DNA of 64,000 nucleotides, from NCBI GenBank assembly GCA_951406725.2, contig OX597815.1:19778001-19842000 (forward strand), given 5' to 3'. The notes beneath the pieces were generated by a model that saw only the letters and a program-made list of their open reading frames with translations, had not been told where the DNA came from and made no database searches. Shown here in pieces: positions 1 through 14,643 of the stretch. A program made the translations under genes and the position numbers. Position 1 is the first letter of the stretch; each line of letters starts with the position of its first letter. This stretch comes from Octopus vulgaris (Eukaryota).

Positions 1-54
1 CTCTTAAGCATCATGACAAATTATATATGCGTGTGCATATAAGTATGTCATGTA

Positions 55-702
<648 letters not shown>

Positions 703-1064
703 ATTGGTTAGATCAAAAGTTGCAGTAAATATAAATACATTCTGCTGTGTTATTTTTCCATAATTAATACTATATAGACCACTGTTGCTATATTGATTAA
801 CCGGTTTATAATTAGTTTGCATTTACCTCGAGCTACTTTTATTACTAATTTCTAACTCTTTCAGTGTTTTTTTACTTGTGATTTTGTTTTTGTTTTTTTT
901 TGTTTTTTTGCTTTTGTTTTGTTTTTGTTTTTTTCATTTGTCCAATCAGCTTTGACTCTGAATACTCTCTCACGCCATCTTTTATCGTCTTTAACGATTT
1001 CTCTCTATATCTGTCCCGCGTTTTCTACCTATGTTCCTGTTTTGCTATTCCAGCCCTCTCTCTT

Positions 1065-1104
<40 letters not shown>

Positions 1105-2100
1105 ATTCGTTCCGTCTCAATTATTTTTATTTTGCTCCTTTTTCTTTTCTTTTCGTTTCTATATCCTCACTCTACAGTAGTATTTTTCTCTGACACTCCG
1201 ATTCTTTCATTGTTCCTGTGTCCCTTCTTTCTTATACTCCCACCACTCATACCTATACAATCTCTCGTGATTTTGCTCCTTTTCTTTTTACTTACACATT
1301 CGCCAAAAATCTCCCTCTTTTCTTCTCGCCCATTCTCTCTATATCTTTCACATACCTCATTGGTTCCCACTCTTGTTGCTACACTCATTCCCTCCTCTCT
1401 TACTCTTCTCTCTCTCTCTCTCGCTTTATCAAAATCTCGCCCCTCTGTCACTTCGTCACAGCTAAGGGCTTGAGTTAATTATGTAGATATTTTTGTTCTC
1501 TACACAATAGTATTTACTCAACAAAATATAAGATTTATTAACAGTCGGTAACTAAAGATAATATTTGATGCCTTTACTATTACTTTCTTGTTAACAAAAC
1601 TATTTCTTATATACAGAATCATTCTTTGTCATCTTACAATGTCTACGAGAGCGAATTTTTCCAAATTTTACTTATTTTGTTTAGACGCACTCAGATTTTT
1701 TTGAATATTAGACTGTTACCATATTTTTTGGTCCGCTTAAAAGCTTATATATTTATTAGTTAATTGATTACCTTGTCTTTTGCGATGATTTTTGTGATAT
1801 CTCCACCATCTTTGGAACTCTTACACTTTAATATCTGCGTAAAGAAGAATTCGACAAACATTTCGTTTCGATTTTCGTCCTGATTCTAATCGGTTGATTA
1901 ACGATATTTTTTAATTTTTGCAGAACTACAGGAATACTGGTCGTCTCAATATAAGCATAAATCTGGGAAATCATAACCCTTAAGATGTTATCTACTGACC
2001 CCACAACAGTAGGATCTCGATCTCGACCTAGTTTTTAGCTGACTTAGCTTTACTACAGTTCAGAACAACCAATTATTCTCTCATTTTTTCTGTAGCACAG

Positions 2101-2171
<71 letters not shown>

Positions 2172-2685
2172 CAGTCAATATTCATAACAAATGAGATGGT
2201 TATATTTTGTAGAGTTGGCAATCAGTGTACTTGGAAAATTAGTGTTCGAGCAAATTGATTAATATTTAGAAATTAATTAATTTACTAAAAGAAACTATCC
2301 CTAAATGTACACAAAAAATATTTTAATGGTAAATATAGATCTTCGATTAGTTCTGGTTGCTTGAGTTTTTTTTTTTTTTCATTCATATCTTAACTTATTT
2401 CTATTAAATATCTTTACTTATTTAAATGAAACACTTTGACCCATTTGCTTGAAATAGTCTTAATAACTTCTAGTCAACAATTCATCGCTGTACCGAAAAA
2501 ATTCCCTTATCCTAAAATTCATAATTATTAACTTAATATATCTCATTAACTGCGTCAATGATATTCATGATACACAGTTGTATTGCTTTTGGCATTATAT
2601 ACAACTGATACAATTTTTAAAAAATAATGTATATATAACGTATGTAAGAGGTTTATGTTAGAGGTTTATGTAATGATTTATACAT

Positions 2686-2830
2686 AAACGTGTGTCTGTC
2701 TGTCAGGAATAGAAAAAGTCATTTACGTTTCGAGCCTACGCTCTTCTACAGAAAGGGACACAGAAAAAACAAGGAGAGAAACAAGGAGAGAAAAAATGTG
2801 TGTAGTGGCTAACGAGCTATCATGGCGACT
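2686..2830 (-). mobile_element. Penelope-like (pLTR-type) fragment with hammerhead-like motif
   Basis: Minus strand reads CTGTAGA-A-GAGC-GTAG-GCTC-GAAA-CG-TA (hammerhead-like layout); short element adjoining a (TA)n run. Confidence 0.45.
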
Positions 2831-2840
2831 GATAAATATA

Positions 2841-2881
<41 letters not shown>

Positions 2882-3035
2882 TCACAGGGTTGTACTTGCG
2901 AATATTCTACTTGTAACTTTACTAATGAAAACAATCATCTCGGATGCAGTAAATTTATTGTGTATGTTAGATCATTCCACCCAACATTTCATTCGTCAAT
3001 GTTTCACGCTCAAAACAATACTCAACTGATGATGG

Positions 3036-3094
3036 TTAATGGTGACAGTACTGTTACAGTCAGATGATGCGGTAACAGTCTGCTGCCATGTTAG
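3036..3094 (+). ncRNA. candidate pre-miRNA-like hairpin
   Basis: atggtgacagtactgttac (3039-3057) pairs with gtaacagtctgctgccat (3072-3089) around a 14-nt loop; lower stem is weak. Confidence 0.25.
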
Positions 3095-3200
3095 AGGCTT
3101 TCAATTAACTTCATTCGATTTTTCATTCGGTAATCATTCGGAGGAGCAGTAATCTACGCCTGGCTTATGTCTTTACTTGTAATTATACCGGTGGAATATA

Positions 3201-3615
3201 TATTTCATTACTGCCCACAAGGGGCTAAACATAGAGGGGACAAACAAGGACAGACAAATGGAGTAAGTCGATTACATCGACCCCAGTGCGAAACTGGTAC
3301 TTTATTTATCGAGCCCGAAAGGATGAAAGGTAAAGTCGACCTCGGCGTAATTTGAACTCAGACCGTAACGACAGACGAAATACCTATTTCTTTATTACCC
3401 TCAAGGGGCTAAACATAGAGGGGACAAACAAGGACAGACATAGGTATTAAGTCAATTACATCGACCCCAGTGCATAACTGGTACTTAATTTATCGACCCC
3501 GAAAGGATGAAAGGTAAAGTCGACCTTGGCGTAATTTGAACTCAGAAGGTAACGACAGACGAAATACCGCTAAGCATTTCGCTCGGCGCGCTAACGTGTC
3601 TGCCAGCTCGCCGCC
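3201..3615 (-). mobile_element. tRNA-derived SINE family A, head plus 2 tandem units
   Basis: Minus head ggcggcgagctggcag..., B-box GAGTTCAAATT, central gactttacctttcatcctttcggggtcgataaa; unit repeated twice; many copies in the window. Confidence 0.9.
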
Positions 3616-4407
3616 ATAATATATTTAGAAATATATTTTCGCGACGACACTTAAACGTAAACTGTGTGTGTAGAATTCTTGGCTTTTTAATTCATATTTG
3701 TGATGTTCCTCATTACAGAAAGTTCTATCATTGATGTATTTCTTGAGGTTAGTTAAAATAGGCCGCAAAGTTTTAAAATTATTGTTTCACTTTTACTGAC
3801 CGTAAGTTTTGCGACGGATATATTGTAATCATATTTGCAATTTTTCGTATACATGTTTGCTCGTACAACTCCTAAAGAGTCCTTTGCGCGTATCTATTTA
3901 CGGTTTGGTATCATCCAGACTTTGATCGTGAGAAATCGGGTCACCTTGTTAATGATCGCGTAAGAATTTTATTTACATTCGCCAGGACATAATTTGTATT
4001 CAAAACGCTTGATGTTTCGAGGTTATTTCTGCTGTTATTATCTATAGGTAATTGGTTACTATGTTCTTTTACGAGTAATGAGTGATTTACGTTAATACTA
4101 GCTGTACTGTGCTAGGTGTACGAAGTATTTTAGCGAGATTGCTATTTTGATAATGGCTTGATAAAAGCGTCTGACATGGGAAATGTTTACACATACAAAC
4201 GTGTGTCTGAGATGTGTATGTGTGTTTGTGAAAAGCTTTGATAGCCATTGCTTTCGTATGTCAACATCTCTATGATATCGCTTATGGTATTTGTTCTCAG
4301 TTTTCTACTTGTCGTAAATGACCGGTAAATTAATTTGGAGCAACTTCATAATAAAAATTATGGATAATGATGATGAAAAGTTTTTATTATCATTTCTGTT
4401 GGGGAAA

Positions 4408-4795
4408 AGTGATGACCTGGCAGAATTGTTAGCACGCCGGGCAAAATGCTTAGCGGCATTTCGTCTGCCGTTACGTTCTGAGTTCAGATTCCGCCGAAGT
4501 CGACTTTGCCTTTCATCCATTCGGGTCGATAAATTAAGTAACAGTTACGCACTGGGGTCGATATAATTGACTTAATCCGTCTGTCTGTCCTTGTTTGTCT
4601 CCTTTGTGTTTAGCCCCTTGTGGGTAGTAAAGAAATAGGTATTTCGTCCGTCTTCACGTTTTGATTTCCAATTCCCCCGAGGTCGACTTTGCCTTTAATC
4701 CTTTCAGTCTCGATAAAATAAGTACCAGTTGAGAACTAGGTTCGATATAATCAACTTAACTCGTCCCCTGAACTTGAGGCAAAATTTTGAACTAA
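4408..4795 (+). mobile_element. SINE family A, head plus 2 units
   Basis: ctggcagaattgttagcacgccgggc...gagttcagattcc...gactttgcctttcatcc; second diverged unit from about 4640. Confidence 0.88.
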
Positions 4796-5165
4796 TTATT
4801 ATTTAATTATTTATTTTACTATATTGTACAATTATAACCATAACAGTAAAGACAACTTTCATGTGATATCCAAAATCAACTAGCTCTAAATAGTAAAACT
4901 CTGACTCTTCTCCATCTTCGTCTGAGCTTGTTTGTTCAAAGACAAATGTACTGCAGTTGTCCCAGTATGAAACTTGTTTACTGTACTTCTAAATAGGCTT
5001 TTTTGGAGGAGTGGGCTCTAATATTTTCCTTACAATTCTACAAGTACAATCCTCCATGTCTTCTTTTAACCTCTTAATTTTGTCTCGTCTTTCTCATTTT
5101 TTCCTTTTTACTCGTCTCATTCTTTCCTATATCCTCCTTTATTTCGTTCTATCATAGATACACAA

Positions 5166-5625
<460 letters not shown>

Positions 5626-6012
5626 GTTCTTATCCCACTTGTATTATATTTATTATATCTTTGCCACAATTTCCTTTCTTCATTCTTCATTCATATTTTC
5701 ATCAAAGCCATTATCTTTTCAAATTTACTCATTCTTACATATGTCACTTCATCTCCATTCTACTCCCACTTCTGCTGCTGTTGTTGTTTTTCTTCATTTA
5801 TATTTCTTTATTCTACTCCTCACAGAAATCTTCATAATTTCTCATTCTGTCACATTCTAGACGTCCTTCTGGTTACATCTCTGCTTTTCTTTCTCTCCAT
5901 CCACCTCCTTCCCTCTACATTTCTCCTCTATTCTTTATTAATCATCTCGCATTTCTTGTTTCTCTCCCTCTATTTATCTCTCCACCTTTCTCTCTCTCTT
6001 TCTCTCCCTTTC

Positions 6013-6061
<49 letters not shown>

Positions 6062-6664
6062 CTCTCTTTCTCCCTAGGCGACTCTAGTTTTTTTCTTTCT
6101 TTCACTCATTATATTCACCTCCACCATTCTTCATCCTACGTTTTTATTTTTCACTCTCCCTCTCCCTTCCAACTCTTTCTCTCTCTCTCTCTCTTTCTCT
6201 CTCTTTCACTCGCTCTTTCTTTCATTTGTCTGTAAAAGATGTCTTTGTCGCTCCTACCTTCTTTTATTTTAGTCCTCCCACTACTGCATTATCTGTTTGA
6301 AACTCTTGTTATTGATGTTATTGTTATTGTTGATGCCCCCTCCCCAGGTAATGGCATTTGCTTCCTTGCTTTCTTTTTCTTTTTTCTATTTTCCTTTCTT
6401 TGCTCGATTTTCAAAGAATTTAGACAGAAATGGAAAATCCGTGTTGAGAGAAAATGTGTTAAATTTCGTTTTTTATTCTTGACTTCTGCTCCACATGTCT
6501 ATCGGAAGCTCGAAAATTTTTTTCAAAACCTACACCCTTACACACTCCAATGACAAACTTGTAAGTAACAACCAATGGTTTAATCTAATCTGTTATTAAT
6601 CTTAATATTTTTTTATCTTGCTTATTGTTCTTGACCCATGTTCGCCACAGCTCTCATTAGAGGA

Positions 6665-6698
6665 ATGTCCATCACTATACCACTGCACGTGTACTATG
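6665..6698 (+). CDS. candidate first coding exon of unidentified gene (MSITIPLHVYY, phase 1); exon 6651-6698 follows a 90-nt GT-AG intron 6561-6650
   Basis: Donor ctt|gtaagt at 6561, branch-like ctaat, pyrimidine-rich acceptor ...ttcgccacag at 6650, ATG at 6665, donor g|gtaata at 6699. Confidence 0.35.
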
Positions 6699-7317
6699 GT
6701 AATATAATATAATATGATAATATAATATAATAATATATAGTAACACAATTTTATGTAACGTACAGTGAAGTGATGAGCATGATTAGAGTTTATTGTAAAA
6801 TGATTTATAGGCAATTATAATGTCATGTACAATTAATGAATTTTCCAAATATTGTTCTATTTAAGTAACTTGCAGTTTCCATTAAATAAAACACGCATTT
6901 TTATGTCGAGATTTGTGGATGTGTATGCACGCTGATGTTCATATTTCATGTGGAGATATTTATATTCTTAGCAATACACACACATAATTATCGGATAACA
7001 ATTTTAAAACTGCATTTATTGCATATGAATGTGTATGTGTATATGGAGGGAGTATAAGAATACGTTATTTAGATTGGCACATAGATTGAAAGCTATATGT
7101 ATACACACACACACACATCACACACAAGCAGATACATACGTGCACACACACACAAGCATACAAATACATATATATATATATATTTATATTTATATTTATA
7201 TTTTTATATGCGTGTGTATGTATGTATGTATGTATATACGCTTGTGTGCGTAGTTTATTTAAGAGCGACAGTTCAACATTCCATGACATATCGAGATTTA
7301 CAAAGAGAACAATTTGT

Positions 7318-7328
7318 GCGGCCATTTT
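7318..7328 (-). promoter_or_regulatory. YY1-like motif AAAATGGCCGC
   Basis: Motif match in unique sequence about 0.6 kb downstream of the candidate 5' exons. Confidence 0.25.
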
Positions 7329-7435
7329 GGTTTTAAATTTCGGAAGACTTTTCTCTACTCCAATCATCTAATCAGCCAAATGAGAAAGAAAGAAATATCC
7401 AGTGAAACTAAAAACACAACAGCAACAACAACAAC

Positions 7436-7477
<42 letters not shown>

Positions 7478-7479
<2 letters not shown>

Positions 7480-7694
7480 GCAAAATACTCTTTATGTAAT
7501 CCCTAGGTTTAAAACAAACTTCTTTTTTTTTAAATTTATGTATTAGACATTCACTAGTACAACACCAAAAAAGAAAACAAATATATGGCACACTAGGCAT
7601 AACAACAACGTGAACTTCCAACCTGTTGTCTCTTGAGGTCTCTGGGTGATACTTGGAGCCAACTTGTACAGACATAAAGCAAAAGTCAAACATA

Positions 7695-7746
<52 letters not shown>
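7478..7746 (+). mobile_element. 5'-truncated non-LTR retrotransposon 3' end (Dong/R4-like) in an (AAT)n microsatellite
   Basis: Starts with ORF end RKILFM*, then about 200 nt of 3'UTR and an (AAT)n tail; flanked by (AAT)n on both sides, matching the known TAA-repeat targeting of Dong. Confidence 0.5.
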
Positions 7747-7747
<1 letters not shown>

Positions 7748-8054
7748 GCAATAATAATATTATTTATTAGTATCACTATGAATATTATTATTATCATCAT
7801 TATCATTATCATTATTCTTTTATCTAGCACCAATTCCATTAATTTTTGATTTGGAGTTTTAAGATCCAGTGTAGAAAGTCAGCGTTATTTCTCTGTTTCT
7901 CACTGTTCTCCATATTAACGGAATATCTAAGTTGTGTGTGTTCGTGTGCATATGTATATGTATGTATATTTGTATGCATGCATGCACACCCACCCTTCCA
8001 AACGCACACGTACGTCTATATGTATGTATGTATGTATGTATCTTTTTTCGTTTA

Positions 8055-8494
8055 TCTTTGACTTATTTCAGTCAAATGGGGCCCCACCTTGAAGAATTTT
8101 TAGTCGAATATACCGACCTCAGCACATATTTTTCAAAAAGTCTTGTACTTATTTTATCGTACTCTTTTACTGAACCACTAACTCACGGGACGTAAACATA
8201 AAAACACCGGTTGTCAAGTGATGGTGGGGAGACAAAAACAGACACAAAGATATACACACACGCACGCACGCGGACACACACACATAAACAATCATGCACA
8301 TACACACACACACTTATATATATACATATAAAAGATGGATTTTTTTCAGTTTCTACCTGCCAAATCCGCTCACAAGGTTTTGGTCGGCCCGAGGCTATAG
8401 TAGAAGAAACTAGCCCTAGGTTCCACTCAGTGAGACTGGACTCCGAACCATATGGTCGGGAGGCAAGCTTCTTACCACATAGCCATGCCTACGC
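8055..8494 (-). mobile_element. tRNA-derived CORE-like SINE family B with internal (CA)/(TA) tract
   Basis: Minus head tggctatgtggtaagaag...ggttcggagtcc; homologous to 14644-15074. Confidence 0.85.
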
Positions 8495-8515
8495 ACGCAC
8501 ACACACACACATATT

Positions 8516-8561
<46 letters not shown>

Positions 8562-10239
8562 GGCATGGAGGCACACATTCGTACCTCGGGTGCGCGCTCC
8601 CATTATCTTTTTACTTATCGACCTCTGCTGCCACATCTTTTGTTTCTCTAGAGTAAGGTAAAAGTTTCTTACTTACCCAATGTGCTGATTTATAGGACCG
8701 ATTCCAAAACCAATTTGCTGTGAAGCAAATCTTTCAACCACTCTGCCATGCCTCCTAAATATCGTACTTTCATGTGTCACTTAAATGAGCTAACTCATTA
8801 TATGTCAAAAAATGCAGATTTCATCCATTCATTATTCGTATTAGAGGCTACAGTAGCATTTACTATTTAGTAAAGTAATCGATCGTAAATTTTATATTTA
8901 TACTAAAATGAAACAGTTATTAATTTTGCCGCTTCTGATTAAACGCCCTTTGAAAGTTTTGTTAAATTGGAAGCCGCGGCCAAATATTAAATATTCTACA
9001 ATTTATATTTCTAAATCTAATTAAATGGTGCAGACACTCACGTGTACACATCAGTAGGCTCCCTGGTATACGTCTCTCTAAATATTTCGTATTAGTTATA
9101 GTGAAGTTTTTGTTGAACTTTATAAAAGTGTCCATTTGCATCTTTAGTTTATACACTTTATACGAATCTGTGGTTATCCTCAACTAGAATACAAATATAG
9201 CTTTAAATGTATCGTCCTGGTTGCTAAACTTGAAGATGAAATTTCTGAGTGGTCTTTATAAAAGAATGATTTAGAAATACTTTCCGACCAACCTCACCAG
9301 ACGCCAAAAGCATCAGCTATCTTAAAACTGCTAAACGTTGAGAATCATCTTCGTTTCTTGGAATAATATATACTCTGACTAACATTTTACATCTGTATAA
9401 TGGAAGCTACGTAATAATTTTGCAGTAGATATTATTACAATATTCACTTCTATAGCTTTGTGTGCAAATGTTACGACACAAAGTAACATTTTGCCCACTA
9501 GATTTTATATCGATGAGATATCAAGATTTACAACAAAACTGGCAGACATATAATTACAATATTATCGAAGAAATTATGTGGATTTAATGCTCGATTTTAC
9601 AAGATATAAAATTACTGTTTTTAGACATTATAAATGATTCAAAATTGCATACAGGACATTTGTGGACGATGTCAAATTACTGTATAAGATGATAGCTCGC
9701 TCCACGACAAATCCTTCTTAAACTATTTTCGATATTTTAATATAGTTTTGATCATAATTTATTAATATATAAACGTCGATTTGAAATAATAAATTCACTT
9801 TTCGAATTATATAAACTTAAATGGACCTAATAAGAATTTCAAATGACATGGTAATGCTTATTAGCAATATATCCGGATAAACTTTTCTGTCTTACCAAAC
9901 TAAATCCAATTTCATTCACAGTTTCAGTGTTATGGTTGTGTCCAGTTTTGAACAGTTTTCAATTTTATTGCTATTGTTTCTGCCCATGCCATTGATGTTG
10001 TTGTTGTATGTGTGGGGTGGGTAGCACTATATAGCCGCCCCGATTGAGCAATTCTATGTTCAAGAATATCTTAGCTGTAATCGCCCTATTTATTTATCTA
10101 TGCGCAATGAACCGTGCTTTACATTGTCTAATGTGAAACACCGTTTGTAACACTTTTAAGGATGTAAGATTTAGAATGCTTTGCTTCTTATTTCTTGCAC
10201 AGGTGAAACGAACACGTACAAATATTAGTTGTTTTTACA

Positions 10240-10275
<36 letters not shown>

Positions 10276-10562
10276 ATTACTGGTGCTGCAGTTGCTGTTA
10301 CTGCTGTTTTTAAGCAACAAGTCGGGTAAGGGTGATTAGGTGATGGTCTAGGGCTTAGGGGCAGGAGACCCCAGACCTTGGAGAAAAACACTTTGGTCGT
10401 CTTGTTGTAGACGAGGGCTCTTCGTTGACGCCCCACACCACTGGAAATGGAGATCTCCAGGTCCAAATTCTTGAACGGCTGCTGTTGCTGCTGTGGTTTG
10501 TGCACCTGCGGCTACTGTTGCCGCCGTTGTTGTTGTCAATGCTGATAATGGTACTGATGTAT

Positions 10563-10915
10563 CCCAGTGGTTAGGGCAGAGGATTCGCGATCGTAGGATC
10601 GCGGTTTCGATTCCCAAACCGGGCGTTGTAAGTGTTTATTGAGCGAAAACACCTATATGCTCCACGTTCTCCGGCAGGGGTTGGTGGTGTACCCTGCTGT
10701 ACATTTTCACCACAACTTTCTTCCTGTTTCTGTTTTACCTGTATTTCAAAGGGCCAGCCTTGTCACACACTGTGTCACGCTGAGTCTCCCCGAGAACTAC
10801 GTTAAGGGTACGTGTGTCTGTGGATTGATCAGCCACTTGCACGGAAATTTCACGAGCAGGCTGTTCTGTTAATCAGATCAGCTGGAACCCTTGTCGTCCT
10901 AACTGACGGAGTGCT
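10563..10915 (+). mobile_element. tRNA-derived SINE family C
   Basis: cccagtggttagggc...ggtttcgattccc; colinear with 27280-27660. Confidence 0.88.
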
Positions 10916-10989
10916 ACGACGGTATGTGTGTGTGTGTGAGTGTGTGTGTGTACATTCTCCACATGTATGTAAATACATGTACACATGCA

Positions 10990-11682
10990 TCCGATTTTAT
11001 GTTTTCTCGCTGTAATTAATGCCGCCCGGGCAAAATCCTTTGGGTGGGAAGTGTGCGTGAAAATGATCGCGCCGGTACGCCATTAGGCTGCGTCAGTTCC
11101 AGGTTGTTATGCTCAGAGTACAGCCGTATAGTGTGCGCCCATCAGATTTTCGACCATAGATCGTTGATGATGTCTTCTTGAAGTTTTGGTCGTGGTTTGC
11201 ACAGTCTAGCATGTTCCAAGCAGTTTCTATGCAGGTTTACTTCTATTGCTCCACCAGCACCTTGGGGGTGAATTTCGCTAACACTCTCCGCATGAGCAAA
11301 TCCTCCATTAAAATGAAATGCACCAATTCTGCCCTTATTCCCACTTCGTGAACAATTTCCTGCATTGTCTACACGCGGGTCTTCCTTAATCTGAGTTTTG
11401 CCCATGGCATCATCGCCAAAAGCCTACTGAAGCTTCTGGGATGTTTCGATAAGCTTGATAAAATAACTCTGCTCGATGCGTTTGGTGTAAGTGAAAATCC
11501 GATGCGCGCGCACTACACATTTGTACTCCCGGCATAGCAGCCGGGAACTGACGCGCCCTACCGTCGCGAAAATTTTTGCGCATGAATAAGAAGAGTTCCC
11601 TCATCTACCATTTAAAGGATTTTGGCCATGCGGCATTACCTTTGATGGGAAAAAAATTAAGTTAGAAACTTTTTAAACGCAA

Positions 11683-11688
<6 letters not shown>
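10990..11688 (-). mobile_element. internally deleted mariner-family transposon (transposase pseudogene)
   Basis: Minus translation RIEQSYFIK...AFGDDAMGKTQIKE, then after a frameshift MQEIVHEVGI...ILMEDLLMRRVLAKFTPKVL...MLDCANHDQNFKKT (HTH region and WVPHEL-equivalent motif) with stops; starts at TA+CGAGTTGCGTTTAAAAAGT, a mariner-like TIR. Confidence 0.85.
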
Positions 11689-11741
<53 letters not shown>

Positions 11742-11922
11742 TCACATGCATGCATACATACATACATACATACATACATACATACATACATACATACATA
11801 CATACATACATACATACATACATACATACATACATACATACATGCATACATACATACATGCATACATACATACATACATACATATATACATACATACATA
11901 CATACATGCATACATACATACA

Positions 11923-11953
<31 letters not shown>

Positions 11954-11955
11954 GT
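11689..11955. repeat. (CA)n/(TA)n/(CATA)n microsatellite
   Basis: Directly visible. Confidence 0.97.
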
Positions 11956-12679
11956 ATATTTCTGTATGTTTGCATGTGTTTGAGTGTTTTCTTTCCATCG
12001 AAATTAGTGTTACATTCATGGTGTATTTTCGGAGAATCTAAAGAGCTTTTAGAAAAATGGTTTGTACTATGTAGTTACTACTATATCTCTATTAAATTTT
12101 GTGGCCTTTATTTGAATTAGAAATCAATATTATTATTGTTATGGACAGGATAATGGGTTACACTGTATAACGCTGGTCTGAAGTGTAGTTTCGATTGAAC
12201 ATTAGTGTATTAGATTATCGGGCTAAAAGATGGAATCAGCGACTCTGAACAGCAAACTTCATGAAAAATTATTGTGAAATGCATCACATATTACCGAAGA
12301 TATACTATACGTCATTAAAACACTATACTACAGACAGATTCTTGAATAGTATCCAGCATATAATGAGTGTGTATATTACGTATGTATGCGTAAAAACAAC
12401 GAATATCTAACATCTTTGCAAATAGTTAATCAAGAGTGGCGTAGCCATCAACCTGCTATGACTTGAAGAGTAAAAATCTCTTGTGCATGATGTACGGTTG
12501 GAATGACACATAGTTTTTATGACACTGAGTTTTTATGATCTAAGTAAAATAGTGTACGACACATAGTTTTATTGAACTAAGTAAAATAGCGTATCTTATT
12601 TAACATAGACTTCAAACTGTATATCATGGTCTCTCTCTCACTCTGTCTCAGTATCTATCTATCTATCTATCTATCTATC

Positions 12680-12934
12680 TCTTTGCTCTTTTACTCTTTT
12701 ATTTGTTTCAGTCATTTGACTGTGACCATACTGGAGCACAACCTTCAGTCGAGCAAAACGACCCCAGGACTTATTCTTTGAAAGCCTAGTACTTCTTTCA
12801 GTTTTCGTCTACTAAATCCTCTCACAAGGCTTTGGTCGGCTATAGTATAAGACACTTACCAAGGTACCACGCAGTGGGACTGAATCCGGAACCATGTGGT
12901 TCGTAAGCAAGCTACGTACCACACAGCCACTCCT
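12680..12934 (-). mobile_element. SINE family B, internally deleted copy
   Basis: Head and tail match 14644-15074 but the middle and microsatellite are missing. Confidence 0.85.
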
Positions 12935-12963
12935 ATCTCGCTTTATCTATCTATATATCTAGC

Positions 12964-13035
<72 letters not shown>

Positions 13036-13499
13036 TATTCATTTCTCTAACACGACAGGATACGGTATTGACTTATACACCCTTTAATATACTTGGTGGT
13101 ATATTATGGTTGCAAAACGAAATGCGTTGCCCCTACCAGCAATGAATATGTACGTATCAGCTGCCAGGAATGTGTTTTATATGTAAAATTGATATATCCA
13201 ATTGTGTTAAACCGCGAAATTTAGTGGGTATTTAAGCAATATTTACCTGGATGGTTAATGGGTTGGATGTGGTGTAGAAAAAGAAGGAGCAAAAACCCCT
13301 GAAAGATGCATATATAACCATTACCTATTTTCTTTTATCTTCGATTGCTTTGTTTACGTAAATGTATTCGTATACGTCGTAACTTTCAGTGTTAGTTCTA
13401 ATCTCTACATAAAATCTGTAGAGATAGATTTTAAAAACGGACGCTGTGTGTATGTGTTCGTGTGCAAATATACATACAGATATATATATATATATTTAA

Positions 13500-13740
13500 A
13501 GGGAATAATTATATATTTTGTATAAATTTTTCCCTTAACTGGTTTTTCATGCTGGCTACTTCATAAATTCTTATATAGATTTTATCCTTGTATTTAATTC
13601 ATGTTTTTATATATATATATATATATATTTAGAGGGAATAATTATATATTTTGTATAAATTTTTCCCTTAACTGGGTTTTTCATGGTGGGTACTTCATAA
13701 ATTCTTATATAGATTTTTATCCTTATATTTGATTCATGTA
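13500..13740. repeat. ~105-bp direct tandem duplication separated by (TA)n
   Basis: gggaataattatatattttgtataaatttttcccttaactgg...attcatgt at about 13501 and 13634. Confidence 0.85.
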
Positions 13741-13741
13741 T

Positions 13742-13809
<68 letters not shown>

Positions 13810-14339
13810 ATATGACTGTACATGTATGTATTTACGTATGTATATAACCGTGCGTAGCACCCAGATAGACTTAATATAAGCTTTAATACAGTGGCTGAAC
13901 CTTTCTTAACATACACACTACCATTTTATCCTTATTACATCACCACCATTTCATGGAACACTTATAAAGACCAAGATTATTTAACCAATAAAAAGCAGGA
14001 TTATTCAACACACATTATGAAACAAATATTGGAAATGGCTCCTGAGCACTGTCTGGTTTTAATAAACTGTTATAGATTAGACTAAGGTTATAGTGAGGAT
14101 TCAACAGCTTATGATCAAAATTATTATTGTGGTAATTGCTATCATTATGGCAGTTCAACATTCTACATTCATCGCTGTTATGAAGATGGTGCTACCGTAC
14201 GTGTCTATTGTTAATTTCTAATAATGGTGATCATGACTGTTCGGTTGTTGTTGGCTACTGCTAGCATTAAGACTATTCAACAGTGTGTGACTATTTTTAT
14301 AATTGAAGTTTAGTGTTCCCGTTTCGACTGTGCAATAGC

Positions 14340-14560
14340 ATGTAGCTGAGATGGCGAAATCATTAAAGCGTGAAACTGCTTTGCGGTATTTGTTCCGGCT
14401 CTTCGTTACCTGAGTCAAATCCCTCCGAGATTAATTTTGACTTTCATCTCTCTGGGGTCGCCAAAATAAAATACCAGTCCAACAAAGGTACAGCGTTACC
14501 GGTTAGCCACTCTCCTTTAACATTCTGACCTGGTATCTAAGTGAGAAATCATTATTATCT
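14340..14560 (+). mobile_element. degenerate SINE family A
   Basis: gagatggcgaaatc...tgagtcaaatcc...ttgactttcatctctctggggtcg. Confidence 0.65.
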
Positions 14561-14643
14561 TTCAGCACTATGAAGCTTGTTTTTATCCTTATTCTGTTGT
14601 CTGAGGATGTAGTTATCACAGTTGGTCAGTGTTATCATTAAGA

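Noticed and set aside
3860-3960. Weak similarity to Gypsy integrase (FARIYLRFGIIQTLIV)
   Set aside because: Catalytic residues are absent and the surrounding frame is closed; too weak to call
9650-9700. FVDDVKL, an RT-like motif
   Set aside because: Isolated motif with no other RT subdomains recognisable by eye
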